Part shown: one piece after another, positions 1 through 10,630 of the stretch
How positions within the stretch are numbered: the first letter of the stretch is position 1
Layout: the number at the start of each line of letters is the position of its first letter
Source: an uncultured Rivularia sp.
Lineage (GTDB): Bacteria > Cyanobacteriota > Cyanobacteriia > Cyanobacteriales > Nostocaceae
Assembly: GCA_963665115.1 (NCBI GenBank)
Contig: OY762007.1
Coordinates: forward strand, 3,392,001-3,456,000
DNA: 64,000 nucleotides
Direction of reading: 5' to 3'
Notes under the pieces: model-generated
What the model was told of the DNA's origin: nothing
Seen by the model: only the letters and a program-made list of their open reading frames with translations
Databases searched by the model: none
Position numbers and translations under genes: made by a program

Positions 1-603
1 CTCCATCGGCATAATTTCCCCAGACTGAAGCATATATTCAATCATGGTGTAGTGAACTAAAGCACCCAAAAATACTCTTGTCGTCGCTTCTGGATCGGAA
101 ATTTGTAATTCGGGATGAGAACCCAAATACTCAGTCATGGTTTGAACAACATTTTTATCTATGCTGCGAACCATATGCTGCGCTAACATGGGAAACCTTC
201 CAGATTCAGCAATCATTAAGCGGATTAAATCTAAGAATTCCGGCGCATTGCTAATATTTTCACCAAATTGATTTAATAAATTGTTTGCGAAATATTTTAA
301 AACTTCCGCTGGCTCTCTTTTAAATATTTCCGGGCTTCGTTGACTTAAAGCACCACTATAAGTTGTAATTAACCGCTCAATTAAAGCGATAAATAATTTT
401 TCTTTGTCTTGGAAATAGCTGTAAACAGTGGTTTTTGAAACTCCTGCGGCTGCGGTAACTTTGTCCATCGTGGTTGCAGCGAAGCCATGCGTTAGAAATT
501 CCTGCATTGCACCTTGCAAAATAGCTTCAACTTTTTCTGATGATTGCGAAGCGTCTGTATTCCTGTTATCTACTTTTTTAATGATTTTTTTTCGAGCTTG
601 CAT
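1..603 (-). CDS. TetR/AcrR family transcriptional regulator (3' end runs off the window)
   Basis: Hand translation from ATG at 603: MQARKK...EAILQGAMQEFLTHGFAATTMDKVTAAAGVSKTTVYSYFQDKEKLF, a TetR HTH. Not in the ORF track because it is truncated. Confidence 0.92.
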   Translation of the reverse strand, partial: MQARKKIIKKVDNRNTDASQSSEKVEAILQGAMQEFLTHGFAATTMDKVTAAAGVSKTTVYSYFQDKEKLFIALIERLITTYSGALSQRSPEIFKREPAEVLKYFANNLLNQFGENISNAPEFLDLIRLMIAESGRFPMLAQHMVRSIDKNVVQTMTEYLGSHPELQISDPEATTRVFLGALVHYTMIEYMLQSGEIMPME

Positions 604-849
604 ATTTAAGGTATTGAAAAAGAAAGTCTTGTTTGCAGTTGTCTTCTATTTACTCAGACAATTTCCATGTATTACATATCTATTTTAGCATTTTTCAGCT
701 TTGGCTAGTAAATCAATAATCATAATATGAACCTAAAAATAGATTTATGCAACTTCTAAAAATCTTTCAAGCGTATATATATCAGTCTTAGATAGAACAA
801 GTTTAACTCCTTATTAGCCGAACTTATCCCATATATGAAAATAAACACC

Positions 850-900
850 TTGACAAAGAATACTAAACAGTTTAGTTTATATATAGCTGAACGATTTAGT
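850..900 (+). promoter_or_regulatory. Sigma70-type promoter overlapped by a putative TetR operator
   Basis: TTGACA (850-855), 17 bp, TAGTTT (873-878). Perfect palindrome ACTAAAC-A-GTTTAGT (862-876) and a degenerate copy GCTGAACGATTTAGT (886-900). Divergent from the TetR gene. Confidence 0.7.
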
Positions 901-1127
901 TCATTTTTTTTTAAGGGAAGTTATGCTAAGCAATAAGTTTTTAATATTACCTAAGTCTAGCCTATAAGGGTTATAGCAGTTGACCTTAGCGCCAGGATTG
1001 CGATCGGAATGTTAATATCTCCAGTCTTATCAACCATGTATTACAAAGGGGTATAAACAAGACTGTGAATTAAATAAAACCGTTATTTGAATGATAACTA
1101 GAAAATAAAATGCAAGGAGAAACAACC

Positions 1128-1280
1128 ATGAAAACTGACGTAATCATCATTGGAGCAGGGACAACTAGACTTCCTTATTATCCTAGACTTCCTTATTATC
1201 GAGAAAAACGAGGGTATTACCAATCTGTCAAAGGCTCTGGGCTTTCAGGCTCGGACTTTAGAGATTTACAAGCAAAGTAA
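1128..1280 (+). pseudogene. N-terminal remnant of an FAD-dependent monooxygenase
   Basis: AGGAG RBS, then MKTDVIIIGAG; after a frameshift LDFLIIEKNEGITNLSKALGFQARTLEIY. An 18-bp tandem duplication CTAGACTTCCTTATTATC lies at 1165-1200. The rest of the gene is absent. Confidence 0.75.
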
Positions 1281-1458
1281 AAATGAGGATTTGCTTTATA
1301 GATATATGCAACGCTAATTAATTCAAACGTTTGATGTGATAGCCCCAACACACTTTACAAACTTCTTGCAGAGGTAGAAAAAGAATAAAAGCTTATTTTT
1401 TATTCTCTTTCCTTTTTCAAAAACTGATTATCAATTACCAAATCTAAAGGAGACAAAA

Positions 1459-3081
1459 ATGTCACAATCTGAAGTTACTTTATTCAGCAAACCTAACTGT
1501 AACTATTGCGCTAAAGCCAAAGCCGTTTTTAAACGATTTAATATTAATTTTCAAGAATATGATGTTAAAGCCAATCAACGAAACGCAGACGCATCAGTTT
1601 ATTTAAGTGGTGCAACAACTGTACCGCAGATTTTCATCAGTAATTATCATATCAACGGCGCTGAAGATTTAGAAAAGCTCGAAAAATCGGGAAGACTTGC
1701 AAAACTCCTAGAGACAAATACAGGAGATTTATCCCTCGTTCAACTTTCAGATGCCGAATTACAAGAAGGCGCAAAAGACGTTTCTTTAAGTCAATATATT
1801 CCCCAAAGCGATGGTAGCCGTGATAAAGACGCAGAAATTTTACCAATTCTGCACTTTTACAAAGAATTCTTCGGATTTTGGCCCAACACCTTTGCTTATT
1901 TACATAACTGGATTGAAGCTTACAAACTCTTCGTTTACTGCCAAAACTTCTCCGCAGTTGGATACGCCAAACAAGCACTAGGCATGAAAAATATTAGTGC
2001 AGTTGGTTATTTGACTTCTAATGCACATGGCTGCTCATATTGTCAGGTACACAGTGTAGCGACAATGGGCGAACATTCCCTGGATATGGTAGGAAAATTT
2101 AAGCAAGCCAGTCAGGGAGAAGCATTAGAGAACAATCCATTTAATGATTTTGAAATGGCTTTAGCAAAACTTGCAGGTGATGCAACGTTAAATCAAGTTG
2201 AAGATAGTTTTTTAGAAGATATTCGACATTTAGCGAAAGATACTTCAAGAGAAATAAATGCCGATGCTTCTATCGAAGCGACATTACTTGTTACTGCTTC
2301 CTTCGGCTTTCTCAACGTTTTTAACGATTTGACTGGATTAGAAATAGAAGGAGATTGGGCGCGTCAAGCCAGCGAAAAAGTTGGTATAGAAGGGGGAAGA
2401 CATGGTACGGGAAATTCTAATCCATCTAATTTAGATTACGAAATACCGGAAGGTAATTTATCAATTCAAGATATGCTCGCAAAGTATAATTCAGCAATTG
2501 AGAATCTTGACAGCTATCTAGAGAAAGAATTAGGATTTTTTCCAGCCTGGATTAAGAAGTGGGTGCAGGCATTACAAAAGCACCACGCTTATATTTATGT
2601 CGAGCTAATGAGCGATCGCCATCATAGTTTAATTCCAGCAGAGCTTAAGCATTTGATGGCAAGGGTTTGTGCAATAGCCAAGAATCATGATTATCTGGCA
2701 GCAGCAGAAGGATATTTTGCTTATCACACAGCTACAGATAAAGAGCTTGCAGTTGAAAGGATTCGTCAATGTTATTTAGCTGCAACAAATCGAGGAGATA
2801 CTGACGAATTATTCAGCGAAAAAGAAAAAGCCGCACTTCAATTTGCTTGGGTATCGGCTCAAACTCCACTAACAACACCATATCGATTTGTAGAAGCTGT
2901 AATTAAAGAGTATCAGCCTAAAGAACTTGTTCATTTAATAGTAGTTTGTTCAATTGGATCGATGGTGCAGCGGTTTGTTGCAGCAGCTAAACCAGAAATT
3001 GAGCCGGTTGTGAATCAGTTTTTAGATAAATATTCTTTGGAGACAGATACGTTGATGCTTCGGTATCCTTTGTTTAAATAA
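1459..3081 (+). CDS. Glutaredoxin fused to two AhpD/CMD-like domains
   Basis: N-terminal CNYC and TVPQIF (Grx); HGCSYCQVH AhpD-type motif; second CMD-like repeat (IPAELKHLMARVCA...FSEKEKAALQFA); AAGGAG RBS. Confidence 0.75.
   Translation: MSQSEVTLFSKPNCNYCAKAKAVFKRFNINFQEYDVKANQRNADASVYLSGATTVPQIFISNYHINGAEDLEKLEKSGRLAKLLETNTGDLSLVQLSDAELQEGAKDVSLSQYIPQSDGSRDKDAEILPILHFYKEFFGFWPNTFAYLHNWIEAYKLFVYCQNFSAVGYAKQALGMKNISAVGYLTSNAHGCSYCQVHSVATMGEHSLDMVGKFKQASQGEALENNPFNDFEMALAKLAGDATLNQVEDSFLEDIRHLAKDTSREINADASIEATLLVTASFGFLNVFNDLTGLEIEGDWARQASEKVGIEGGRHGTGNSNPSNLDYEIPEGNLSIQDMLAKYNSAIENLDSYLEKELGFFPAWIKKWVQALQKHHAYIYVELMSDRHHSLIPAELKHLMARVCAIAKNHDYLAAAEGYFAYHTATDKELAVERIRQCYLAATNRGDTDELFSEKEKAALQFAWVSAQTPLTTPYRFVEAVIKEYQPKELVHLIVVCSIGSMVQRFVAAAKPEIEPVVNQFLDKYSLETDTLMLRYPLFK
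2612..2619. repeat. HIP1 octamer GCGATCGC (example; recurs throughout, e.g. 7821)
   Basis: Many exact GCGATCGC copies in an AT-rich background; a cyanobacterial hallmark. Confidence 0.9.
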
Positions 3082-3124
3082 TAGAGCGTTGCTGGCTCAA
3101 AATATCATGTAGTGGTTTTACATT

Positions 3125-3155
3125 GTTTGAGACGTAGCATTGCTACGTCTCTACA
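3125..3155. repeat. REP-like palindrome family GTAGAGACGTAGCA-TGCTACGTCTCTAC (also 8395-8424, 12186-12215, 18933-18959)
   Basis: Four near-identical intergenic palindromes. Confidence 0.85.
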
Positions 3156-3164
3156 TCGGTGTAA

Positions 3165-3533
3165 TTATTCTTCAGAATTGGCTTTTAATATACTTTCTTT
3201 CATTGGCTTATATGGAGTCAAAGTCATCCAAGGCTGAATTTCTAAATTACAAAACCAATCTTTAACAGTTGGAATCCAACCTAAATCATCTTGAATGTGC
3301 TGCTCTGCAATAATACGAACCGGAATCTTTTTATTAGCAGCATTTTCGATGGTGACTCCGAACAGTTTTTCGCACATAAAAATACCTTCTGCATGATGTC
3401 TAAGTGCGCGATGTCGGAAATCTGGTAAAAACGCTTTTGACTCATCAAACCAGTTGTGAATATCAAGATAATCTTCAGGAATGCCACCAAAGCTTTCTGC
3501 TGAGCGAACCGCATGATACCAAGAATGAGTCAT
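3165..3533 (-). CDS. DUF6915-like His-rich protein
   Basis: HAVRSA..FGG.PEDYLDIHNWFDESK...DFRHRALRHHAEGIF...EQHIQDDLGWIPT pattern; family assigned from memory. Confidence 0.7.
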   Translation of the reverse strand: MTHSWYHAVRSAESFGGIPEDYLDIHNWFDESKAFLPDFRHRALRHHAEGIFMCEKLFGVTIENAANKKIPVRIIAEQHIQDDLGWIPTVKDWFCNLEIQPWMTLTPYKPMKESILKANSEE

Positions 3534-3538
3534 AATAA

Positions 3539-4010
3539 TTATCGATCCTGTTCGTCAACTATCTTTCCAGTCACCAAACTTGCTCTGAAAGAACCTTTCA
3601 TCGAGTACTCACCCGTACCGTAACCGCTACCAAGTAAATAAGTCGCTAACGAACGAGCAAATCCATCTAGATAAAATTCGACTCGTACTCGTGGAGATGG
3701 TTTCTGTATAACCGGCATAGTAACGAATTAGATTTTCAGATGTTTTGCTACCAAGTGAACTTTCTGCAAGTAATGATTTGAGTTCTTCAAATTCTACGGT
3801 TCTATCTTCAAGTTTTGCCCCGGTAAGATCGGCAAATCCCTCATCATGCCCACCGTTGTATCGACAATAAACGGTTTTTACGCCAATTTCATGCAATACA
3901 TCGAAGACTTGACGTGAATCGGAATCAAGATTTTCTGGACTAAATTTTAATTCTCCAATAGCTGGTTCGTATTCATACTTCCTTTTACCGGGCAATTTAA
4001 AGTACGGCAT
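3539..4010 (-). pseudogene. DUF6878-like protein with a +1 frameshift near 3700
   Basis: YNGGHDEG motif. Removing one A in GAAACC continues the frame as PSPRVRVEFYLDGFARSLATYLLGSGYGTGEYSMKGSF...DR*, ending 5 bp before the DUF6915-like gene. Confidence 0.55.
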
Positions 4011-4133
4011 ATTAAAGTTCAAATTCTACAAGAACAAAAATACTATATATAAGAATATATTCAAAGTTATTGCTTCGTCAAAGATCAAAAAATTCTGTCT
4101 AAAATTTAAATATGATTCCACTCCCCAAATCCT

Positions 4134-4709
4134 ATGAATATAACTACGGCTAAACGATTTAATATAGATGAATACAACCGTTTAGCAGAACTCGGATTTT
4201 TTCATGAAGATGAACGAGTTGAGCTAATTAGGGGAGAAATCATTCCGATGGCAGCCAAAGGAACGCTTCATTCAACTTTTAGCAGGAGATTGATAAGGCA
4301 ATTATCAAAATTGATTGCTAATCGAGGTACTTTACAAAGCCAAGATCCTATTAGTATAAGTCCAGATAGCGAACCCGAACCCGATGTCACAATTTTGAAA
4401 AACAAAGATGATGATTATCTAAATTCTCATCCCACTCCGCAAGATGTATTGCTTTTAATTGAAGTCGCCGATTCTTCTTTAAAATACGATCGAGAGGTGA
4501 AATTACCGCTTTATGCTGAAGCTGGTATTTCTGATTATTGGATATTTAATTCAATTGAAAACTGCTTAGAAACCTACAGCGAACCTTTTCGAGATTTTCA
4601 AGGTAAATTTGGCTATCGTCGCAAAGTTATTTATCTTCCGAATGAAACAGTTAATCTACCTTGTTTTTCAGAATTAACATTAGATTTATCAAAAGTTTTT
4701 CCTGAATAA
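4134..4709 (+). CDS. Uma2 family endonuclease-fold protein
   Basis: RVELIRGEI, SEPEPD, LLIEVADSSL.YDR..KLPLYAEAGI.DYWI motifs. Confidence 0.93.
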   Translation: MNITTAKRFNIDEYNRLAELGFFHEDERVELIRGEIIPMAAKGTLHSTFSRRLIRQLSKLIANRGTLQSQDPISISPDSEPEPDVTILKNKDDDYLNSHPTPQDVLLLIEVADSSLKYDREVKLPLYAEAGISDYWIFNSIENCLETYSEPFRDFQGKFGYRRKVIYLPNETVNLPCFSELTLDLSKVFPE

Positions 4710-4743
4710 ATTCCTTCCTCCTCGTTTATAAACCCAAACTTTT

Positions 4744-6132
4744 TTATATCAACCCCTCCATAGCCTTTTCCAAATCCTTGGTAAAATCACCAACCGCAAT
4801 TCTCGCAGCTTTACGATTAACTTTGTAATTCTCAAATTTATCAGAGATAGATAGTGGCTCCCCGATAGTAATTTTCGCTTTTTGCTTACCCAATTTCGGA
4901 CGCTTAAATGGATTTCCACCTTTAATTCGAGCTACCACATCCCATAAAATTAAGGTAGTTTCAGCAAATCTTTCTGCTGTAGGTTTTTCCCGAACATATT
5001 TACCCGTCACCGCGACAAAGCTTTCTACCAAACGCATATGCCATATTCGTAAACTAGCTTCTTCGGCAACTCTATCAGCTAAACTTTTTTCGATGGTTGA
5101 TAATGCTTTAATATCTTTAAAATCTTCTCGAAAAATATAGTTCCAACCCGCTTGTTCTACTCGACGACAGCGGTCGTTAAAATTACCTTTTGGCAGTAAA
5201 TCAAAATAATCTTCGGATACTTTTAAGGCACTATCTAATAATGATTTTAAACGTGCGGCTATGGCTTCGTTACCGTCGCTAGTTTCTGTTTCTGCTATGT
5301 TTATTTCTGGTGAATGATGGTAAAAACGTTTATAAAAGTCTTCCATGACAAACAATAAATTTTCTGCCAAACGAATTAATCTCGGATAAAGCGTTTCTTG
5401 CGGCAAAGCTTTATCAAAACCAGTTTCATTTAGAGGTAAACCGCTAGCTTCTTCCAGTTCGCTTAATAATTTTTCTATCGACTCCCAAGGCGGATTTACA
5501 TAACTATATTTAATTCCTACTGGTAAAATAAAAACCTGCTCGCTGCGTCCGGCTTTTTGTAAATCTTCTGCACACCAAAAGCCTAATTGTGCGATTCCCG
5601 GTTCCAAAGGACTAATCATCTCAGAAAGTCCATTTGTTCCTCCTTCAGGTGCGGCACCAATAGGAAAATCTGCTTCTGCAAACAAATTACGAGCCGATCT
5701 TAACCCCGCCCAATCTGCTTTACCCCGCTGTATTGAGGTACCACCCATACGCGATAGAAACCAGCCAATATGGGAACCAGCCCAAAGAGGAATTCCTCTA
5801 TCGTAAATAAAATGGGCGTGAACTGGATAACTTAATTTAATTCCTTCTTGTCGAGCTACTTTCGGTACGATATGAGATAACAAGTAACCTAATGAAAAAG
5901 GATCTTCTACTTGAGGATGGCGGAATGCTATTAAAAAACGAATCTTTTTTTGCTGAAATTTGTCGATCAATTTTACTAAAGTTTTGACGTTTTCTGCTTC
6001 AATTTGACTAAGGATGGTTTGCGAACGTATCCATGCTGGTAATAGTAGCTGAGTAATTCGTAATACAGATGGGTTTAACGCTGGAGGAATAAATTCGAGA
6101 GGTGCCTGTGCTTGATTAGTATTGAGGGACAA
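4744..6132 (-). CDS. Phospholipid/glycerol acyltransferase (PlsC superfamily)
   Basis: FRHPQVED (HxxxxD), SIQRG, APEG and ILPVGI blocks. Confidence 0.85.
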   Translation of the reverse strand: MSLNTNQAQAPLEFIPPALNPSVLRITQLLLPAWIRSQTILSQIEAENVKTLVKLIDKFQQKKIRFLIAFRHPQVEDPFSLGYLLSHIVPKVARQEGIKLSYPVHAHFIYDRGIPLWAGSHIGWFLSRMGGTSIQRGKADWAGLRSARNLFAEADFPIGAAPEGGTNGLSEMISPLEPGIAQLGFWCAEDLQKAGRSEQVFILPVGIKYSYVNPPWESIEKLLSELEEASGLPLNETGFDKALPQETLYPRLIRLAENLLFVMEDFYKRFYHHSPEINIAETETSDGNEAIAARLKSLLDSALKVSEDYFDLLPKGNFNDRCRRVEQAGWNYIFREDFKDIKALSTIEKSLADRVAEEASLRIWHMRLVESFVAVTGKYVREKPTAERFAETTLILWDVVARIKGGNPFKRPKLGKQKAKITIGEPLSISDKFENYKVNRKAARIAVGDFTKDLEKAMEGLI

Positions 6133-6201
6133 AGTTAATTTTCTCCTTAAACAGTGAACAGTTAATTATTTATCCGGTTTGTCTGAGTTTCTCACCACTA
6201 T

Positions 6202-6306
6202 TAAGCTGATGTGCAGCTAAGTTGTATTAAAAAAAAAATTTGGAATTATTATAGTGCGCGCCGAACAGCCCGCTAGTACTATACAAATTAAGTGCGTAAC
6301 AGCTTA
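6202..6306. mobile_element. ~103-bp TA-flanked MITE, copy 1 of 3
   Basis: Imperfect TIRs TAAGCTGATGTGCAGCTAAGTTGTAT / ATACAAATTAAGTGCGTAACAGCTTA. Other copies at 32776 and 56238. Confidence 0.85.
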
Positions 6307-6562
6307 ACAGGTAAGACGGTAATTTAGTTCAAAAAGCAAAAATAGTGATAATTTTAAATTCTTGCTAAATATGGTAATTTTGCCAGTTTAGTAAAAAAAC
6401 AACTATAAACTAAAGCTTTTGTGAGATAGGTTAAGCCCTGCAAATTCTAAAAATTATATGCGAAACCGCGATTAAACTTAGGTTTACAGAAAAGTCACTT
6501 CCTGAGTATATTCGCCCTTGTGCATGAAATAAAAATTATCAAATCCGCAAACAGGAGACGCG

Positions 6563-8365
6563 ATGCGACTGTCAAAAATGTTATTTGTTACGCTTCGAGA
6601 CGATCCAGCAGATGCTGAAATTCCCAGTCATAAATTATTAATTCGCGCTGGTTATATTCGTCGCATCGGTAGCGGTGTATATGCTTATCTTCCTTTGATG
6701 TGGCGGGTTTTGCAAAAGGTTTCTCAGATTGTCCGCGAGGAAATGAACGCGACTGGGGCAATGGAATGTCTTTTACCTCAATTACAGCCTGCGGATTTAT
6801 GGAAGGAATCGGGACGCTGGGATACTTATACTAAGGCTGAAGGTATCATGTTTTCCCTTACCGATCGCCGCGAGCAAAATCTAGCACTCGGTCCCACTCA
6901 CGAGGAAGTAATTACCACAATTGCCCGAGATACAATTCGCTCTTATCGTCAGTTACCGCTGCATCTCTACCAAATTCAAACTAAATTCCGCGATGAAATT
7001 CGTCCCCGCTTCGGTTTAATGCGCGGCAGAGAATTTATTATGAAAGATGGCTATTCTTTCCACACGGATGAAGAAAGCCTGAAAGAAACTTACCAAGATA
7101 TGTACAAAGCCTATAGCAATATGCTGCGGCGTTGCGGGCTGGAATTTCGTCCTGTAGAAGCAGATTCCGGCGCAATTGGTGGTTCTGGTTCGACGGAATT
7201 CATGGTTTTGGCAGAAGCTGGAGAAGATGAAGTTCTCTACACTGATGATGGGAAATACGCTGCAAATGTAGAAAAGGCTGCTTCTTTACCTCCTGATGCA
7301 GAAGCTTCCAATTTTACTAACTACGAAAAAGTAGAAACTCCTGAAACTCAGACAATTGAGAAGCTTTGCAAAACCCTCAAATGTTCTTCTACCCAAGTTG
7401 TCAAAAACGTGCTTTATCAAGCTGTTTACGATAGCGGTACTACTGTATTAGTTTTAGTAAATATTCGCGGCGACCAAGATGTTAATGACGTTAAGTTATA
7501 TAACGAATTAACTAAATTAGCTTCTACTTATAAAGCAAATTCTATTCTTGGTTTGGAAGTACCCAGCCCGGAAGCACAGGAAAAATGGGCGGCTAAATCT
7601 TTACCTTTGGGTTATATCGCGCCCGATCTTGCTGACGACTATATCAAATCTTCCAAAGAAATTCACTCCAAATTTTTACGCTTTGTAGATAAAACCGCAG
7701 TCGATTTAAAGAACTTTGTCACTGGTGCCAACGAGTCTGGTTATCACGTAGTTGGGGCAAACTGGGGAGAACAATTTAAGCTACCAGAATTAGTCGTAGA
7801 TATACGTACCGCAAGAATTGGCGATCGCTCCGTCCACAATCCAGCCCAAACCCTTAATTCTGCTCGCGGTATCGAAGTGGGACACATCTTCCAATTGGGT
7901 AATAAATATTCCCAAGCGATGGGAGCAACTTATACCACCGAGCAAGGTAAAGATAAACCTTTAGAGATGGGTTGTTATGGTGTTGGTGTTTCGCGCATGG
8001 CTCAAGCTGCTGTAGAGCAATCCTACGACAAAGATGGAATTATTTGGCCACTAGCAATTGCTCCTTATCATGCAATTGTGACGATTCCCAATATTAAAGA
8101 TGATCTTCAAGTAGAAGTAGCCGAAAAACTTTACGCCGAATTAAATCAAGCAGGAATTGAAACCCTTCTCGACGATCGAACCGAGCGTGCGGGAGCTAAA
8201 TTTAAAGATGCCGACTTGATCGGTATTCCTTATCGGATTGTCACCGGAAGGGCGATCGCCAACGGCAAAGTCGAAGTTGTGGAGCGAAAAAGTAGCGACT
8301 CTTACGAAATTGCCATTGATGAAGTTGTATCTACTTTAATGCAGAAGATTAATGATGAAATCTGA
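6563..8365 (+). CDS. proS: Proline--tRNA ligase
   Basis: MRLS..., [42 protein letters not shown]-terminal anticodon-binding domain. Confidence 0.99.
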   Translation: MRLSKMLFVTLRDDPADAEIPSHKLLIRAGYIRRIGSGVYAYLPLMWRVLQKVSQIVREEMNATGAMECLLPQLQPADLWKESGRWDTYTKAEGIMFSLTDRREQNLALGPTHEEVITTIARDTIRSYRQLPLHLYQIQTKFRDEIRPRFGLMRGREFIMKDGYSFHTDEESLKETYQDMYKAYSNMLRRCGLEFRPVEADSGAIGGSGSTEFMVLAEAGEDEVLYTDDGKYAANVEKAASLPPDAEASNFTNYEKVETPETQTIEKLCKTLKCSSTQVVKNVLYQAVYDSGTTVLVLVNIRGDQDVNDVKLYNELTKLASTYKANSILGLEVPSPEAQEKWAAKSLPLGYIAPDLADDYIKSSKEIHSKFLRFVDKTAVDLKNFVTGANESGYHVVGANWGEQFKLPELVVDIRTARIGDRSVHNPAQTLNSARGIEVGHIFQLGNKYSQAMGATYTTEQGKDKPLEMGCYGVGVSRMAQAAVEQSYDKDGIIWPLAIAPYHAIVTIPNIKDDLQVEVAEKLYAELNQAGIETLLDDRTERAGAKFKDADLIGIPYRIVTGRAIANGKVEVVERKSSDSYEIAIDEVVSTLMQKINDEI

Positions 8366-8466
8366 ATTTTGAACGGTTCGTTTTTCCGCAACCGTGTAGA
8401 GACGTAAAATTTTACGTCTCTACATTATGAATGCGCCATATTGTTATATTCATCTTTGAACATTAA

Positions 8467-9334
8467 ATGGAATTTATTTCCTTTGTGCTGTCGGGGTTGC
8501 TGGGGTTTATTACCCACGCTGGAGTTGTTTTTGATACTGCTGCTGAAGATGCAATTCGCTCTCAATTGAGTAATGTAGAAAAATTACAGGTACGTGTAGA
8601 TAATCCACCCACTCATCAATTATTACAGGGAAAAATCAAAAAGATTAGAATTGCAGCACGCGGTTTGCACTTAAAACAGTACAACTTCCGGATTAATGCT
8701 TTGAAATTGGAAACTGATGAAATAACTTTATTACCCGGAAGCGTTCAAAAAGGAAAACATAAATAAAAAACCTTTACAAACTGCTATTCGTTTAGTTTTC
8801 ACTCAACCAAACATAAATAAACTATTACAATCGCCTGATATATTAGCTTTATTGTCAAAGCTAAACGTCAGTTCAAAAGATGACCTAAGTATAGATGAGG
8901 ATTCTGTAGATAAATTTGACTTACCCCAATTTAAAATTTTAGATAATAATCGCTCTCAATTTCAAATTGAATTACGTTCGGAAAATGAGCAAAAACCTTT
9001 GTTAATAAAGGTAGAAACCGTTAGGAATATTAACAAAGGCAGACAAATTAACCTAATTGAAACAGTGGTAACTGTAAATGAGGAACAAGTTGCGCCACAA
9101 TTCGTTAAAGGAATTATAAAAAACCTTAATCAAAGACTGGATTTACTTAAATTGGAAGGTGACGGAATTTTAATCCGAATTCTAGAATTGAATATAAAAC
9201 CGTCAGAATTAGAAATTGCGGCTTTTGTGCAAATAAAACCGTCTTCCTTTCTTAGTGAAAAAGCCCCTTTCCCCATCAGAGCGCGTTATCTACCAAGCCC
9301 CTCACACAGTTACAGGTACTATCTCAGCCCATAA
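8467..9334 (+). pseudogene. DUF2993/LmeA-like protein, frameshifted near 8765
   Basis: ORF 8467-8766 (VRVDNPPTHQLLQGKI) continues in another frame as KPLQTAIRLVFTQPNINKLLQSP into ORF 8852-9334. The break is in an A-run. Confidence 0.7.
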
Positions 9335-9347
9335 GCGAAGGTGTCAG

Positions 9348-9974
9348 ATGACAGAACAAAGAAAAAGTAATGGTATATCTTCCGGTGTCGCAGCAGCAGT
9401 TGCAGCAGTAACAGTTGCAGTAGCTGGTGTTGCGGGTTATTTCGCGATGAATCAAAACCCTCCTGACATACAAAATCCAATACCAGGGAATGTTTCACCC
9501 GCACCAAATCCAGGAGAAACACCATCACCAGCAACTAACGATAAAAAAGCTACAGTCTACTGGCTTGAACCGAGCGGTACCAGCTTGAATTTGGTTCCTC
9601 AAGGTATTCAAGTTCAAGCGGATATTAATAAGCCTTCAGAGTTTTTAGAAGCTGCTTTTAACAGCTTATTAGCTGGACCAACAGAAGGAAGCGGTGGTTC
9701 TTCTGCGATACCTAAAGAAACTAAATTACTAGGTATTAAAGCCGAAGGAAATGAAGTAAGAGTTAATTTGTCGGATGATTTTCAGTTTGGAGGTGGTAGC
9801 GCTGGGATGATTGGACGTGTAGGACAAATTGTCTATACAGCTACAGCTTTGAATCCCAATGCTAAAGTTTATCTCGAATTAAACGGCGAACAAGTTGAAG
9901 TTCTTGGTGGTGAAGGCTTAGAGCTAGAGCAGCCGCTAACCCGCGATAATTTCACTAAAAACTTTGAACTTTAA
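9348..9974 (+). CDS. GerMN domain-containing protein
   Basis: N-terminal TM segment; LLAGPT..SAIP..TKLLG...VNLS..F..GGGS...QIVYTAT. Likely start MTEQ at 9348. Confidence 0.9.
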   Translation: MTEQRKSNGISSGVAAAVAAVTVAVAGVAGYFAMNQNPPDIQNPIPGNVSPAPNPGETPSPATNDKKATVYWLEPSGTSLNLVPQGIQVQADINKPSEFLEAAFNSLLAGPTEGSGGSSAIPKETKLLGIKAEGNEVRVNLSDDFQFGGGSAGMIGRVGQIVYTATALNPNAKVYLELNGEQVEVLGGEGLELEQPLTRDNFTKNFEL

Positions 9975-10011
9975 ACGTCGTTGACTTAAGTCTTATTTTT
10001 AAATTTTCCAA

Positions 10012-10042
10012 GCCCCCCTGATAAAAGGGGGGTTATTTATTT
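10012..10042 (+). terminator. Putative intrinsic terminator
   Basis: CCCCCT-GATAAA-AGGGGG hairpin followed by a T-rich tract, after the GerMN gene. Confidence 0.55.
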
Positions 10043-10214
10043 GAAAGAATGGGGATAGGGAATAGGGAATAGGGGATGGGGGATTGGGTAATGGGAACAG
10101 AGGTAGCAGGAACAATAATTAATTACAATCCAAAATCCCGGACAGTTGCTACAACTCTGGGAACCAGAGCAACGCACTGTCCTCAAAATCTAAAATCCAA
10201 AATCCAAAATCGAG

Positions 10215-10562
10215 CTATCTGTCATTTAAAACCCGAAAACTGCGGGCTTGCTGTTCCAACCTAGTCGCGAGACGGTCGCAAACTTGGTTGCACAGTTCAA
10301 AAATCATGTGATCTTCAACTCGGTAGTAGGCACAAGTCCCTTCACTGCGACGACTAAGAATTCCCGCTTGCCACATTACCTTAAGGTGTTTTGATACATT
10401 AGCCTGAGAAGTATGGGTTGCCTCTACCAACTCTTGCACGCATTTTTCTTCTTGTCGAAGCAGATGCAGCAACCGTAGACGCATCGGTTCGCTCAACAGA
10501 CTGAAATATTCAGCTACTTGTTGCACCACTTCTGGATGGGGTACAGGCAACATTTGTTTCAT
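10215..10562 (-). CDS. ArsR/SmtB family transcriptional regulator
   Basis: FSLLSEPMRLRLL..CVQELV...SQANVSKHLKVM. Confidence 0.93.
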   Translation of the reverse strand: MKQMLPVPHPEVVQQVAEYFSLLSEPMRLRLLHLLRQEEKCVQELVEATHTSQANVSKHLKVMWQAGILSRRSEGTCAYYRVEDHMIFELCNQVCDRLATRLEQQARSFRVLNDR

Positions 10563-10630
10563 CAGAATTCACCCGCCACGAATGGAACTAACTTTTTTAA
10601 CAATGACACATTCGTTATATAGATTAATAC

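Noticed and set aside
428..688. Shadow ORFs antisense to or overlapping real genes (e.g. 428, 1652, 16038, 22456, 37293, 50503, 58072, 62053)
   Set aside because: Explained by well-supported genes on the opposite strand or in another frame.
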